Shown piece by piece: positions 16,786 to 25,695 of a stretch of 43,004 nt of DNA (within the stretch, counting starts at the first letter, position 1; each line of letters opens with the position of its first letter). Source of the stretch: a virus. Where the stretch lies: UHGV virus genome UHGV-0081096; one strand, given 5' to 3'. Made by a program: the position numbers and the translations under genes. Below the pieces are notes generated by a model. That model was not told the DNA's origin. It searched no databases and was given only the letters and a program-made list of their open reading frames with translations.

Positions 16786-17598
16786 ATGAGTGAATATCAA
16801 AAGCGAGTGAAAATTGAATTATACAATGATCATTTTGAAAATGCTAAAAGATATCAAATCCCACGTGCCCAACTAATCATCGCAGATATTCCATATAACA
16901 TTGGAAAAAATGCATATGGATCTAGAAGTGATTGGTATGTGGGGGGGGACAATAAAAATGGAGAATCAAAGAAAGCAAATAGTGAATTCTTTGATACGGA
17001 TAAAGATTTTAAAATCTATAACTTCTTCAATTTTTGTACTCGATTATTAAAGAAAGAGCCGAAAGAAAAGGGGCAAGCTCCATGCATGATTATCTTTTGT
17101 AGCTGGCAACAATTGAATGAAATCACAGAATATTCAAAGCAATTTGGCTTTAACCATACGCAGCCATTATTCTTTGTGAAAAAATCATCGTCGCAGGTGT
17201 TGAAGGCAAACATGCGAATTGTTGGAGCTACTGAATGTGCTTTAGTGTTGTGGCGTGATAAATTGCCAAAATTTAGAAATGGTAGACAAATCGGAGAAGA
17301 TGGAAAGCCAATTAAAGGCACTGGGAGAATGATTAAGGATTGGTTTGAATTCGAACATGATGGTAATAACATTCCTAAAATTCATCCAACACAAAAACCG
17401 GTAAATCTATTAAAGCAACTAATAGAGATTTATACGGATGAAGGCGATGTAGTGATTGATCCAGTAGCTGGCAGTTGTTCAACGCTTAGAGCATGCGCAG
17501 AGCTTAAAAGAAGTTGTTACGGGTTTGAAATCAAAAAGAATTTCTATAAAGATGCAAAAGCAAAGATGCTATCGAATGTAGAAGTTCAATTGTTTTAA
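16786..17598 (+). CDS. orphan N6-adenine/N4-cytosine DNA methyltransferase (beta class)
   Basis: DIPY catalytic motif, HPTQKP, DPVAGSCST SAM-binding motif. Confidence 0.88.
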   Translation: MSEYQKRVKIELYNDHFENAKRYQIPRAQLIIADIPYNIGKNAYGSRSDWYVGGDNKNGESKKANSEFFDTDKDFKIYNFFNFCTRLLKKEPKEKGQAPCMIIFCSWQQLNEITEYSKQFGFNHTQPLFFVKKSSSQVLKANMRIVGATECALVLWRDKLPKFRNGRQIGEDGKPIKGTGRMIKDWFEFEHDGNNIPKIHPTQKPVNLLKQLIEIYTDEGDVVIDPVAGSCSTLRACAELKRSCYGFEIKKNFYKDAKAKMLSNVEVQLF

Positions 17599-17613
17599 AA
17601 AGGATGGATAAAG

Positions 17614-18243
17614 ATGAGTAAATGTAATAAATGCAAATATGAATATTCATCAAAGTTAGATGAGCCTTGTAAATACTGTAGAGAGAAATGTGGCGTAGTT
17701 ACTTTAGGTTATCAAATGTCAGAAGATAAATTTGTGCCAAAAGAAGAACAACCAACAACTGAATATAACGGATGCGATGATTGCTACTATAAATGGTTAG
17801 GCGAATCAGACGCTCCTTGTTGTGAATGCAAACATCGCTTTGAGCCTGGAACAATGGCACGTTTAAAAGCTAAGGATTGTTTCAAGCCTAAAGAAGAGAA
17901 AGGATGTATGAAATGCATATATAGCAATTTATCAGAATTTGAGCTACCTTGTTGCGAATGCAAATATAACACTTATGCCACTGAGACAAGTTGTTTAAAA
18001 ACAAAAGATTGTTTTAAGTCTAACGAAGAAAAAGCAGATGATGAAATCGACATGGTAAATCATCCTCAACATTATCAACATGGTATTGAACCAATAGTTT
18101 ACATTGAATCACACGATCTTAATTTTAATTTAGGCAATGTAATCAAATATGTATCACGTGCTCCGTTTAAAGGCACTGAATTAGAGGACCTGAAGAAAGC
18201 CAAATGGTATTTAGAAAGAGAGATTAAAAAACATGACAAATAA
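17614..18243 (+). CDS. Cys-repeat protein with C-terminal DUF3310 domain
   Basis: three CxxCxY-x6-PCxxC repeats; VNHPQHY...GNVIKYVSRA..K...DLKKAKWY. Confidence 0.8.
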   Translation: MSKCNKCKYEYSSKLDEPCKYCREKCGVVTLGYQMSEDKFVPKEEQPTTEYNGCDDCYYKWLGESDAPCCECKHRFEPGTMARLKAKDCFKPKEEKGCMKCIYSNLSEFELPCCECKYNTYATETSCLKTKDCFKSNEEKADDEIDMVNHPQHYQHGIEPIVYIESHDLNFNLGNVIKYVSRAPFKGTELEDLKKAKWYLEREIKKHDK

Positions 18244-18475
18244 TAAATACCCACCAAGAGCAATATTAATAAACTGCGTTAGAGGTTCTGATGTTTATGA
18301 AATCGATGAAAGACTTGAACATCTTCGTTCAAGTATGCGCAAAGGCATTCAATCTGCTTGCCAAGATGAAAACATAAAATTTGCTTTATCTGTAATGTTA
18401 GATGATCTTGTCTGTACGGCAGTATCACTAGGTATTATGACCGCTACAAAAGGTTTAAATGATAGTAATAAGTAA
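18233..18475 (+). CDS. hypothetical protein
   Basis: ORF in early operon. Confidence 0.5.
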   Translation: MTNNKYPPRAILINCVRGSDVYEIDERLEHLRSSMRKGIQSACQDENIKFALSVMLDDLVCTAVSLGIMTATKGLNDSNK

Positions 18476-18487
18476 AAGGAGAAACAA

Positions 18488-19003
18488 ATGACAAGTAAAG
18501 ATGTTGATTTAATAAAAGAAATGCTTCAAATGCAAGCTAAACTAGATGAAGCAATTATGAAAGAATACGGATTAACTGAAATTGACAAAAAAAATCTTGG
18601 CTTCGCAATTCTAGATGAAGTTGGAGAACTTACGCACGAATTAAAAGGGGATTGGTGTTGGTGGAAGAAATCTCAAGCACCTGTTGATGAAGAAAAAGTT
18701 CTAGGAGAATTAGTTGATATTTGGCATTTCGTTTTAAGTTATCAAAATCATTTCGATAACGGTGAAGAGGAGTTGAGAGCAGAAGAACAAATGATTGACA
18801 ATGCTATAACATATTTTTGTGAAATTAAAGTTTTTAAAACTGGAATTATTTATTTACTTGCAGATTTAACGAGCATTAACTCAAATAAGCTTGAAAGACT
18901 AATCGCAATCACTGAATACCTAGGCTTCACGATTGAAGATGTGCACAAAGCATATTGTGACAAAAACAAAGTGAATTATCAAAGATTGAAAGAGGGGTAC
19001 TAG
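18488..19003 (+). CDS. dut: dimeric all-alpha dUTPase (dUTPase_2)
   Basis: EVGEL..E, WWK, ELVDIWHF, KNKVNYQRLKEGY. Confidence 0.88.
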   Translation: MTSKDVDLIKEMLQMQAKLDEAIMKEYGLTEIDKKNLGFAILDEVGELTHELKGDWCWWKKSQAPVDEEKVLGELVDIWHFVLSYQNHFDNGEEELRAEEQMIDNAITYFCEIKVFKTGIIYLLADLTSINSNKLERLIAITEYLGFTIEDVHKAYCDKNKVNYQRLKEGY

Positions 19004-19006
19004 GAT

Positions 19007-19252
19007 ATGTGGATTAGAAGTCAAAATAAAAGAATATTAACAAAAGTTAACGAAGTAATAGTTACTTTTGTTGACGAAAGCAAATGCTTTATATCAGGAT
19101 TTTGGGATAAAGGAAGTGATACTTTAGGTGTTTATTCAACGAGAGAAAAAGCTTTAAAAATTTTAGACCAAATCCAAGATAACATGGAATCGTTTGAACA
19201 CGAACCGACAATGGTATTTCAAATGCCACAAGATGAGGAAGTGGAAGAATGA
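19007..19252 (+). CDS. hypothetical phage protein
   Basis: MWIRSQ...LGVYST.EKA...FQMP pattern common in Bacillota phages. Confidence 0.65.
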   Translation: MWIRSQNKRILTKVNEVIVTFVDESKCFISGFWDKGSDTLGVYSTREKALKILDQIQDNMESFEHEPTMVFQMPQDEEVEE

Positions 19253-19662
19253 CAGAAAAAGATTTAGATGAATTTGAAAAAGAATTCGGATTTAAATTGC
19301 TACCTACAGGATTTAAAAAGCCTTTGTCAGAAATCACAAAAGAGGAATATAGAGAACGTATTGAATACTTATACAACGCAATTATTAATGATGATTCAAA
19401 TGATGAGGATTTAATGATATATGAAAAAGAAATTAAAGTACTTGAAAAAGCATTAGATAAAGCTTGTAAATATACACATAACAATGGACTCAATGGTTGC
19501 CCGGCAAATTTTGATATTGGAGCAGTTGATAAAAAAAAGAAAAAAGAATGTATTTTATGTAAATTTCATTGTGACTCTGAGAAATATTTTTTTAATAAAG
19601 AATATGAAAAGAAGTCCAAAGAATGTTGGAAAGAATATTTTTTGAAAGGAAAAAGAAAATGA
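19249..19662 (+). CDS. hypothetical protein
   Basis: ATGA-coupled ORF, Cys-containing C-half. Confidence 0.55.
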   Translation: MTEKDLDEFEKEFGFKLLPTGFKKPLSEITKEEYRERIEYLYNAIINDDSNDEDLMIYEKEIKVLEKALDKACKYTHNNGLNGCPANFDIGAVDKKKKKECILCKFHCDSEKYFFNKEYEKKSKECWKEYFLKGKRK

Positions 19663-19940
19663 ATGAAGTGGAACACGCCGTTATTGTAACAAATATTACA
19701 GATGGGGCTACAAAGTTTTGGATTAAAACAGATAGATTATTTGACGAAAAATCGAATGATTTATTTATGCATAAATTTATATTTGTGAATAAAAATGATG
19801 CGAATTGGAGAAGATATATTTTCGTTATATATAGATTCAACACTTTAAGTGAATACGAAAAAGAATGCATTATTGAACATATCAAATGTAATGGTGATAT
19901 AGATGGATTTGAATTGGAAAAAATCGTGTTGAAAGTATAA
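19659..19940 (+). CDS. hypothetical protein
   Basis: ATGA-coupled ORF. Confidence 0.55.
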   Translation: MNEVEHAVIVTNITDGATKFWIKTDRLFDEKSNDLFMHKFIFVNKNDANWRRYIFVIYRFNTLSEYEKECIIEHIKCNGDIDGFELEKIVLKV

Positions 19941-19945
19941 AGAAA

Positions 19946-20221
19946 ATGAATAAATATCAAAAAGCAATGAATTATTTATGGAATGCATATGATGAAAATA
20001 AAATATATGGTATTGCAAGTAGAGGTTATCTAGTAATGTTGCAAGAGTTAGTTGATAAAGAAACACCAAAGAAACCTATAGATATTGAGTTTGGTCCATG
20101 TGGTGATTTGGTACCATCTTGTCCAACTTGTAAACATGAAGTTGTGACTATTTCAACATATTATGGAAGAAAATATTATCCTCGTTGTCCATTCTGTGGA
20201 CAGAAGATTGAAGGAGAATGA
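19946..20221 (+). CDS. zinc-ribbon protein
   Basis: PKKP...CPTC...CPFCGQK. Confidence 0.65.
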   Translation: MNKYQKAMNYLWNAYDENKIYGIASRGYLVMLQELVDKETPKKPIDIEFGPCGDLVPSCPTCKHEVVTISTYYGRKYYPRCPFCGQKIEGE

Positions 20222-20595
20222 GTAGAATGACATTAGATGAAGCAATTGTTCATGCAAAAGAATTATCTGAAAGTCAATCAGTATGTGAAGACTGTAGAGA
20301 AGAACATAAGCAACTTGCAGAATGGTTGGAAGAGTTGAATGAATATAAAAACATTTTTGAAGAAGAACATCCGTTTAATGATAATTCATTTAATTTCTTA
20401 AATTTTAAGATATATTCAAATTCCACTTTGAAAAGATTTACCAAAGATGAATTAATTGATTACATTAACATTCTTTATTTCAATTGGAAAAATACAGACA
20501 ACACGTGTGAGCGTGTAAGCAGATTAGCTAAACAGTTGTATGAAAAAGCGAAAGAATATAAAAAAACTAATGAAAAATTAGAACATGACAATTAA
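20218..20595 (+). CDS. hypothetical phage protein
   Basis: MTLDEAI.H...C.EEHKQLAEWLEEL motif. Confidence 0.6.
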   Translation: MSRMTLDEAIVHAKELSESQSVCEDCREEHKQLAEWLEELNEYKNIFEEEHPFNDNSFNFLNFKIYSNSTLKRFTKDELIDYINILYFNWKNTDNTCERVSRLAKQLYEKAKEYKKTNEKLEHDN

Positions 20596-21088
20596 AGGAA
20601 TTGAGGTGGATTTAATGACAAAAGAAAATTACGAAGATGCAATCATGAGAATGTACGATTTTTGTATTGCATCTAATCACCCTGCGCAAATAAAAGAACA
20701 ATTTACTCAAGATTTGGATTTTTTAGCTGAATTAGCGAATGAGCATTTTGAAGATGAAATCATTGAAAATTGTGGTTTTAATTTTGCACTAGTCTACGGA
20801 AAGCCTCATAAATGCGCTTGTGTTAGTTGTAGTGATTGTGGATTTAGTACAGGACATGGATGCAGTGAAAAGATTAAAGAATGGCTGAAAAGTCCATACA
20901 AAAAGCCAGCATACAAACTAAATAAATTTGAATATGATTTAATTCAAACATACCGTGATTGTAATAACTATTGTAAACTTTCAAATCGCAGGATTTTACA
21001 AGAGTTAAAAGATAAAGGATATTTCATGGATGTTGATTATGATACAAAGATTCAAGATATTTTAGCAAATTGTGAGGTAATCAAATAA
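20585..21088 (+). CDS. hypothetical Cys-containing protein
   Basis: ORF in operon, CxxxxCxxC cluster. Confidence 0.55.
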   Translation: MTIKGIEVDLMTKENYEDAIMRMYDFCIASNHPAQIKEQFTQDLDFLAELANEHFEDEIIENCGFNFALVYGKPHKCACVSCSDCGFSTGHGCSEKIKEWLKSPYKKPAYKLNKFEYDLIQTYRDCNNYCKLSNRRILQELKDKGYFMDVDYDTKIQDILANCEVIK

Positions 21089-21384
21089 TGAGTGGCGGAA
21101 GTTATAACTATATGTATTGTCGAATAAATGATGAATACGTTGATAGAATGTTTGATTCGCAATTAAATAGCATGATGAAAGATTTAGTTGATGTGCTGCA
21201 TGATTTAGAATGGTGGCGCTCAGCTGATAGTGATGAAAAAAGGTATAGAGAATCAGTTAATAAATTCAAAAAGAAATGGTTCAGACAAACTAAGATTGAT
21301 GTACAAAAGCAAATTGAATCAGAGTTTGAACGAACAAAGAATGAATTGCTGAAAGAATTTGAGTATTTGAAGGATGTGGAATGA
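21088..21384 (+). CDS. hypothetical phage protein
   Basis: MSGGSYNY...LHDLEWW pattern. Confidence 0.6.
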   Translation: MSGGSYNYMYCRINDEYVDRMFDSQLNSMMKDLVDVLHDLEWWRSADSDEKRYRESVNKFKKKWFRQTKIDVQKQIESEFERTKNELLKEFEYLKDVE

Positions 21385-21668
21385 TGAAAGTTTTTTTAGT
21401 CGAAAACATAAATGACATCCATGATGAATTTGTAAGAGAAGCATGTGCTCGTTTAGATAGAAAGATATGGGATCTGATAGGGTTTAGTACCAGATTTATT
21501 TCTATGGAATCATGCTTAGAACAAATTACGAATTACATCGTCAAATTAGAACGTGAGAATTTTGGGCTAAAAGAGTATAAGAAACACCAAGAAAAAGCGA
21601 ACGAGAGAAGATATCGCGGTGGTGAGGAATCTTGGCACAGAGGGTCAGTTGTCGCAAAGAAGAAATAG
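21381..21668 (+). CDS. hypothetical protein
   Basis: ATGA-coupled ORF. Confidence 0.55.
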   Translation: MMKVFLVENINDIHDEFVREACARLDRKIWDLIGFSTRFISMESCLEQITNYIVKLERENFGLKEYKKHQEKANERRYRGGEESWHRGSVVAKKK

Positions 21669-21677
21669 GTGAACAAA

Positions 21678-22106
21678 ATGAACAAATTAAAAGTAAATCA
21701 AATGTTGAATGATTTGAAGTCGGCAAACTATTGCTGCCATCGAATTATTGAATTGAACGAGGAACTAGAGGCTCTGAATCATAAAATGCTAGGACTTAGC
21801 CATAATCCAATTAGGTTGACAAAGGAGCAGGAGAAATCAAATGCTCCTATGCCGACCTTTCATGGTTCTTATACAAGTCCTTTAGGGATGATGGAAGAAG
21901 AAACTTTAAAAGTGGAAGAAATAAACTATTATCGTAGGCGGTTAAATGAATGCAGAGCAATCGAACTTTTATCTTTGCGAGACCAGAATATTTTGTTTGA
22001 TCTATACTTCTGGAATATGAATGCATGGGATATTGCAGAAAAATATGGTTATACAAAAAACGGAATGTACAAACATATCCGTAGAGAAATTGGAAAATTG
22101 GTTTAA
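21678..22106 (+). CDS. late transcriptional activator (ArpU/RinA-like, sigma-4 HTH)
   Basis: last early gene; C-terminal ILFDLYF...DIAEKYGYTKNGMYK. Confidence 0.7.
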   Translation: MNKLKVNQMLNDLKSANYCCHRIIELNEELEALNHKMLGLSHNPIRLTKEQEKSNAPMPTFHGSYTSPLGMMEEETLKVEEINYYRRRLNECRAIELLSLRDQNILFDLYFWNMNAWDIAEKYGYTKNGMYKHIRREIGKLV

Positions 22107-22187
22107 TTGACGTTGATAATGTTCATATAGGTATTAGTGTTTAAAAGAAGAGGTGGTACAATAATGTTGATTAAAAGAGGGTATGTC

Positions 22188-23006
22188 ATGAAAAAAGAAA
22201 CACTTACATTAAGGTTTAAAGGCGAAAATGACATTGATATAGAAACATTATCTAAGTCGCTAGACTGTGTTGTTGCGGTTTTAGGTAAAATTGCTGATTC
22301 GTCATTAACCGAAAATGATTTTTGCAAATTTAAAGTAAAGAATATCGAAAAAGGTAGCTTTATGATAACGATAGAGCAGATTGTTGAAATGGCTACTGTA
22401 TTATTTCCGTTGATGCCACCTATCCTAGAATCGTTTAATAGTATTGTTGAACTGAAGAAAAATCTTGGTGGACAAATGCCTGCAGAAGTAATTCATGAAG
22501 GGAATAATACTATAGTCAAGTCTTGTGTTGGTAATGTAACCTATATCGATAACAGAACATATAATCTTTACACAAGAGATTCCTCAATAGAAAAGTGCTT
22601 ATCAGAATTATCAAAAACTATTTCAGAAGATGGTGAGCGGACAGGATTTTCTATCGCAGTTACTGATGATAAAACAGTAAAGACCGTTGAAATGGATAAA
22701 GAAGATTTAATGAGAACTAGGAATCCTATTGATGTTGAATCACTAAATGATGATATCACCGAACAAGAAGCTACAGGAGTACTAACTGTTCGGAAGCCTG
22801 ATTTATTAGGAAACAGTAAATGGCAGTTTAAATTCCTTGGAAAAACAATCAATGCAGATATTGAGGATGAGAATTTTTTGAAAAAAGTAAAGGAAAAAGA
22901 GATTAGCTTTCCACTAGTATCAAAATTGAATGCGAAAATGCGAGTAAGATTAAAGAATGGAGATCCAATCAGTTATACAGTTATTGAGGTAAAAAGTTAC
23001 GAATAA
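22188..23006 (+). CDS. moron-like hypothetical protein (272 aa)
   Basis: own TGGTACAAT extended -10 (22154-22162) and AGAGGG RBS; sits between activator and late promoter. Confidence 0.65.
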   Translation: MKKETLTLRFKGENDIDIETLSKSLDCVVAVLGKIADSSLTENDFCKFKVKNIEKGSFMITIEQIVEMATVLFPLMPPILESFNSIVELKKNLGGQMPAEVIHEGNNTIVKSCVGNVTYIDNRTYNLYTRDSSIEKCLSELSKTISEDGERTGFSIAVTDDKTVKTVEMDKEDLMRTRNPIDVESLNDDITEQEATGVLTVRKPDLLGNSKWQFKFLGKTINADIEDENFLKKVKEKEISFPLVSKLNAKMRVRLKNGDPISYTVIEVKSYE

Positions 23007-23012
23007 CGCATT

Positions 23013-23047
23013 TTGTCCCCTAGTGGACAAGAATTTCGTGATAAACT
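23013..23047 (+). promoter_or_regulatory. putative late promoter with activator-binding inverted repeat
   Basis: TTGTCC-N6-GGACAA in place of a -35, followed by TGATAAACT. Confidence 0.5.
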
Positions 23048-23065
23048 AATATTATAAGAAATTAT

Positions 23066-23092
23066 GTCAAGACAGAGGTCTTGGCTTTTTTT
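23066..23092 (+). terminator. terminator-like hairpin
   Basis: GTCAAGAC/GTCTTGGC + T7. Confidence 0.6.
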
Positions 23093-23113
23093 ATGCAAGA
23101 AAGGAGGTGTTCC

Positions 23114-23752
23114 ATGCCAGGAAGAGAATTGACAATAAAAAAATACAACTTAGATTTATATGATCCATATGAAATAGACGGTCCATTTGAGATGCCTGTT
23201 ATTAAAAAGACACTTCATATTCCTAATGAGTTAATTGGATTCAATGAAGCAATTTCTTCAAAGAATTATCAATCTGGAATTCATATGTTTATTGATGATT
23301 ATCAGTTTGAACGCATTTGGAACACTCCCGAACGATATGTGAATGTCTTAAAACAGTATGACTGTGTTCTTACACCAGATTTTTCTCTATATATGGATAT
23401 GCCTAGAGCTATGAAAGTATGGAATATCTATAGAAGTAGATTAATTGGGCAATATCTTCAAAATTTAGGGATATGTGTAATTCCAACAGTTTCCTGGGCA
23501 GAAAGAGAAACATACACATTCTGTTTTGATGGCATTGAACAAGGAGGAGTTGTAGCGATTTCAACTATTGGATGTATTAAGGATGAATATGCAAGATCCA
23601 TTTGGAAAGATGGTGTAGATTACATGATCGATAAACTTAAGCCTACTGCAATTCTAATTTATGGCCAATCTATTGAACATGATTTCAAAGGTATAAAAGT
23701 TATTTATTATAAAAACAAAGTCGTAGAGAGGGCAAGAAAACATGGGCGGTAG
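23114..23752 (+). CDS. DUF4417-family protein
   Basis: HMFIDDYQFERIWN.P, TPDFSLY.DMP, WNIYRSR, VIPTVSW. Confidence 0.85.
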   Translation: MPGRELTIKKYNLDLYDPYEIDGPFEMPVIKKTLHIPNELIGFNEAISSKNYQSGIHMFIDDYQFERIWNTPERYVNVLKQYDCVLTPDFSLYMDMPRAMKVWNIYRSRLIGQYLQNLGICVIPTVSWAERETYTFCFDGIEQGGVVAISTIGCIKDEYARSIWKDGVDYMIDKLKPTAILIYGQSIEHDFKGIKVIYYKNKVVERARKHGR

Positions 23753-23819
23753 AGGAACAAGCAGTTGAAAGAAAGATGGTTGACCGTGTAAAATGGTTAT
23801 GGTTAAATAAAAATAAGAA

Positions 23820-23913
23820 AAGGTAGTCGTATAGGGGTGATTACACTTTGATGTATGCATATCACAAAACGATATGCACTGAGGAAACCTCCGTTCGAAT
23901 CGGAGCGCCTTTT
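23820..23913 (+). ncRNA. tRNA-like element / degenerate tRNA
   Basis: perfect T-arm CTCCG-TTCGAAT-CGGAG, D-arm with GG, imperfect acceptor stem, anticodon arm extended by an 8-bp hairpin; no CCA. Confidence 0.55.
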
Positions 23914-23955
23914 CGATTTGTTAAAAAATATCAGTTTAAATTTTAAACGCTATCT

Positions 23956-23986
23956 AAGCATCTTGTTAATTCAAGGTGCTTTTTTT
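23956..23986 (+). terminator. rho-independent terminator
   Basis: AAGCATCTTG/CAAGGTGCTT + T run. Confidence 0.7.
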
Positions 23987-24013
23987 ATACATGAATAAGG
24001 AGGAAATTTACTT

Positions 24014-24358
24014 ATGGGTGGAAGAGGACAATATGTAAATCGGGGGGGGGGGACAGTTGGTTTAACTGTTACCACAGGAGATGGAACTGTATTTGAGTAT
24101 AGGCAAAAAGGGAAGAAAGTATTTTCTTTTTCTGGTGCATCATTTGCTGATAGTGGAAGCAGGGAAATTCCTAGGACCTTATCCGATATAGCTTCTAGGG
24201 CAAAATCTATGGGTTATAAAGTACAAAAGCTTACAAGCCGAGATTTAGCTAATAAAGATTCAGAACAACGTCGTCGAAAAAGACAAATAGCAAAAGAAGT
24301 AGATCAATTGTGGGTAAGAGGAGCTGGCTCACCAAGAAAAGGATGGAAAGGGCATTAA
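24014..24358 (+). CDS. basic MGGRG-start hypothetical protein
   Basis: AAGGAGG RBS; Gly/Arg/Lys-rich. Confidence 0.7.
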   Translation: MGGRGQYVNRGGGTVGLTVTTGDGTVFEYRQKGKKVFSFSGASFADSGSREIPRTLSDIASRAKSMGYKVQKLTSRDLANKDSEQRRRKRQIAKEVDQLWVRGAGSPRKGWKGH

Positions 24359-24398
24359 GACAGATATTTAATTTCAAAATAATGAAAGGAGGAATTCT

Positions 24399-24896
24399 AT
24401 GGCTAAGTTGACTGAAAAGCAGAAACTATTTGTAGACGAGTATTTGATTGATCTGAATGCGACAAGGGCATATAAAGTTGCATATCCACATGTAAAAACA
24501 GATGGTGCTGCAAGGGCATGTGCTTCAAAATTGCTAACAAAAGCTAACATCAAAGCTTATATTGATGAACAACTCGAAAAAGTCAGTTCGGGAAAGATAG
24601 CAGATGTTCAAGAAGTCATGGAATACCTCACAAAAGTAATGCGACGAGAAATGAAAGAATCTGTTGTCGTTACAGTGACAAAAGAACATTCAGAGTATGT
24701 CGATACAGGAGATGGAAAGCCAAGAAAGAAAACAGTCAAAGAAGAGGTGCCTCAAATCGTTGAGATTCCTGCAAAGCTTTCTGATGCAAATAAAGCTGCG
24801 GAATTACTTGGAAAAAGATATTCACTGTTTACAGACAAAGTGCAAACAGAAATCGTAGTACCTAAGTTTGAAGGAGAGGATGATCTTGAAGACTAA
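24399..24896 (+). CDS. terS: terminase small subunit
   Basis: LTEKQKLFVDEYLIDLNATRAY...KAAELLGK. Confidence 0.92.
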   Translation: MAKLTEKQKLFVDEYLIDLNATRAYKVAYPHVKTDGAARACASKLLTKANIKAYIDEQLEKVSSGKIADVQEVMEYLTKVMRREMKESVVVTVTKEHSEYVDTGDGKPRKKTVKEEVPQIVEIPAKLSDANKAAELLGKRYSLFTDKVQTEIVVPKFEGEDDLED

Positions 24897-25393
24897 AACT
24901 ATTAAGTTACCCGAACTAGTAGGAAAAGGATATAAGTCCTATTGGAACTTTAGAGGACGTTATGCTGCATGCAAAGGCTCTCGTGCTTCTAAGAAGTCAA
25001 AAACAACTGCATTGCGCATCATATACAACATGATGAAATACGATAAATCGAATACGTTAGTTGTTCGTAAGACGTATCGAACGCTTAAAGATTCGTGCTT
25101 CACGGATTTAAAATGGGCAACAAGAAGATTAGAGGTTGAACACTTATGGGAATTTAAATATTCTCCTTTGGAGGCAACATATCTTCCAACTGGGCAAAAG
25201 ATTCTCTTTAGAGGGCTTGATGATCCGTTAAAAATAACTTCCATTACTGTAGATTATGGGTTTCTATGTTGGGTATGGCTCGAAGAAGCTTATGAGATAA
25301 CAAGCGAAAAAGACTTTGATACATTGGATGAGTCGATTCGTGGTGAGTTACCGCCTTATCTTTGGAAACAGTGGATGATTACATTCAACCCGT
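24886..25393 (+). CDS. terL: terminase large subunit (PBSX family), exon 1
   Basis: KGSRASKKS Walker A variant, VWLEEA Walker B, TFNP; start TTG 24886 or ATG 24880. Confidence 0.9.
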
Positions 25394-25695
25394 AGATTTT
25401 GCGGCATATAAAAGTGATTTTATATGAAAACCCCTTTAATTTTTGGAAAACCCTACTCGAAAGAGAGGGCAATCAAAAGCTAAGTTTTATTTTCGTTTGT
25501 TGCTTGGAATGAAAATAAAAAAAGTTTAACGACTATCCTAACCGCAATTAATGCGGTTTTTTTAATGGAGTACGCTCAAGTGAGCGGAAATGGGGGGCAT
25601 CTTGAAAATTCAAGATGGTGATATAGTCTGATCTCATTGGTAACAATGAGCTGCGAAAGCGGTGTAAGATTAACGACCTTACATGAACACAAATG
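25394..25695 (+). ncRNA. group I intron (subgroup IA), 302 nt, no ORF
   Basis: exon ends in U paired to G of IGS (CCGU/GCGG); terminal G; P7 GACUA/UAGUC; P3-P9 stems and GNRA loops; removal restores NP-W-NEHHW. Confidence 0.92.

Noticed and set aside
25393..25395. Stop-codon readthrough, alternative genetic code or intein in terL
   Set aside because: TAG is a normal stop elsewhere, the insert has stops and is not a multiple of three, and it folds as a group I intron.
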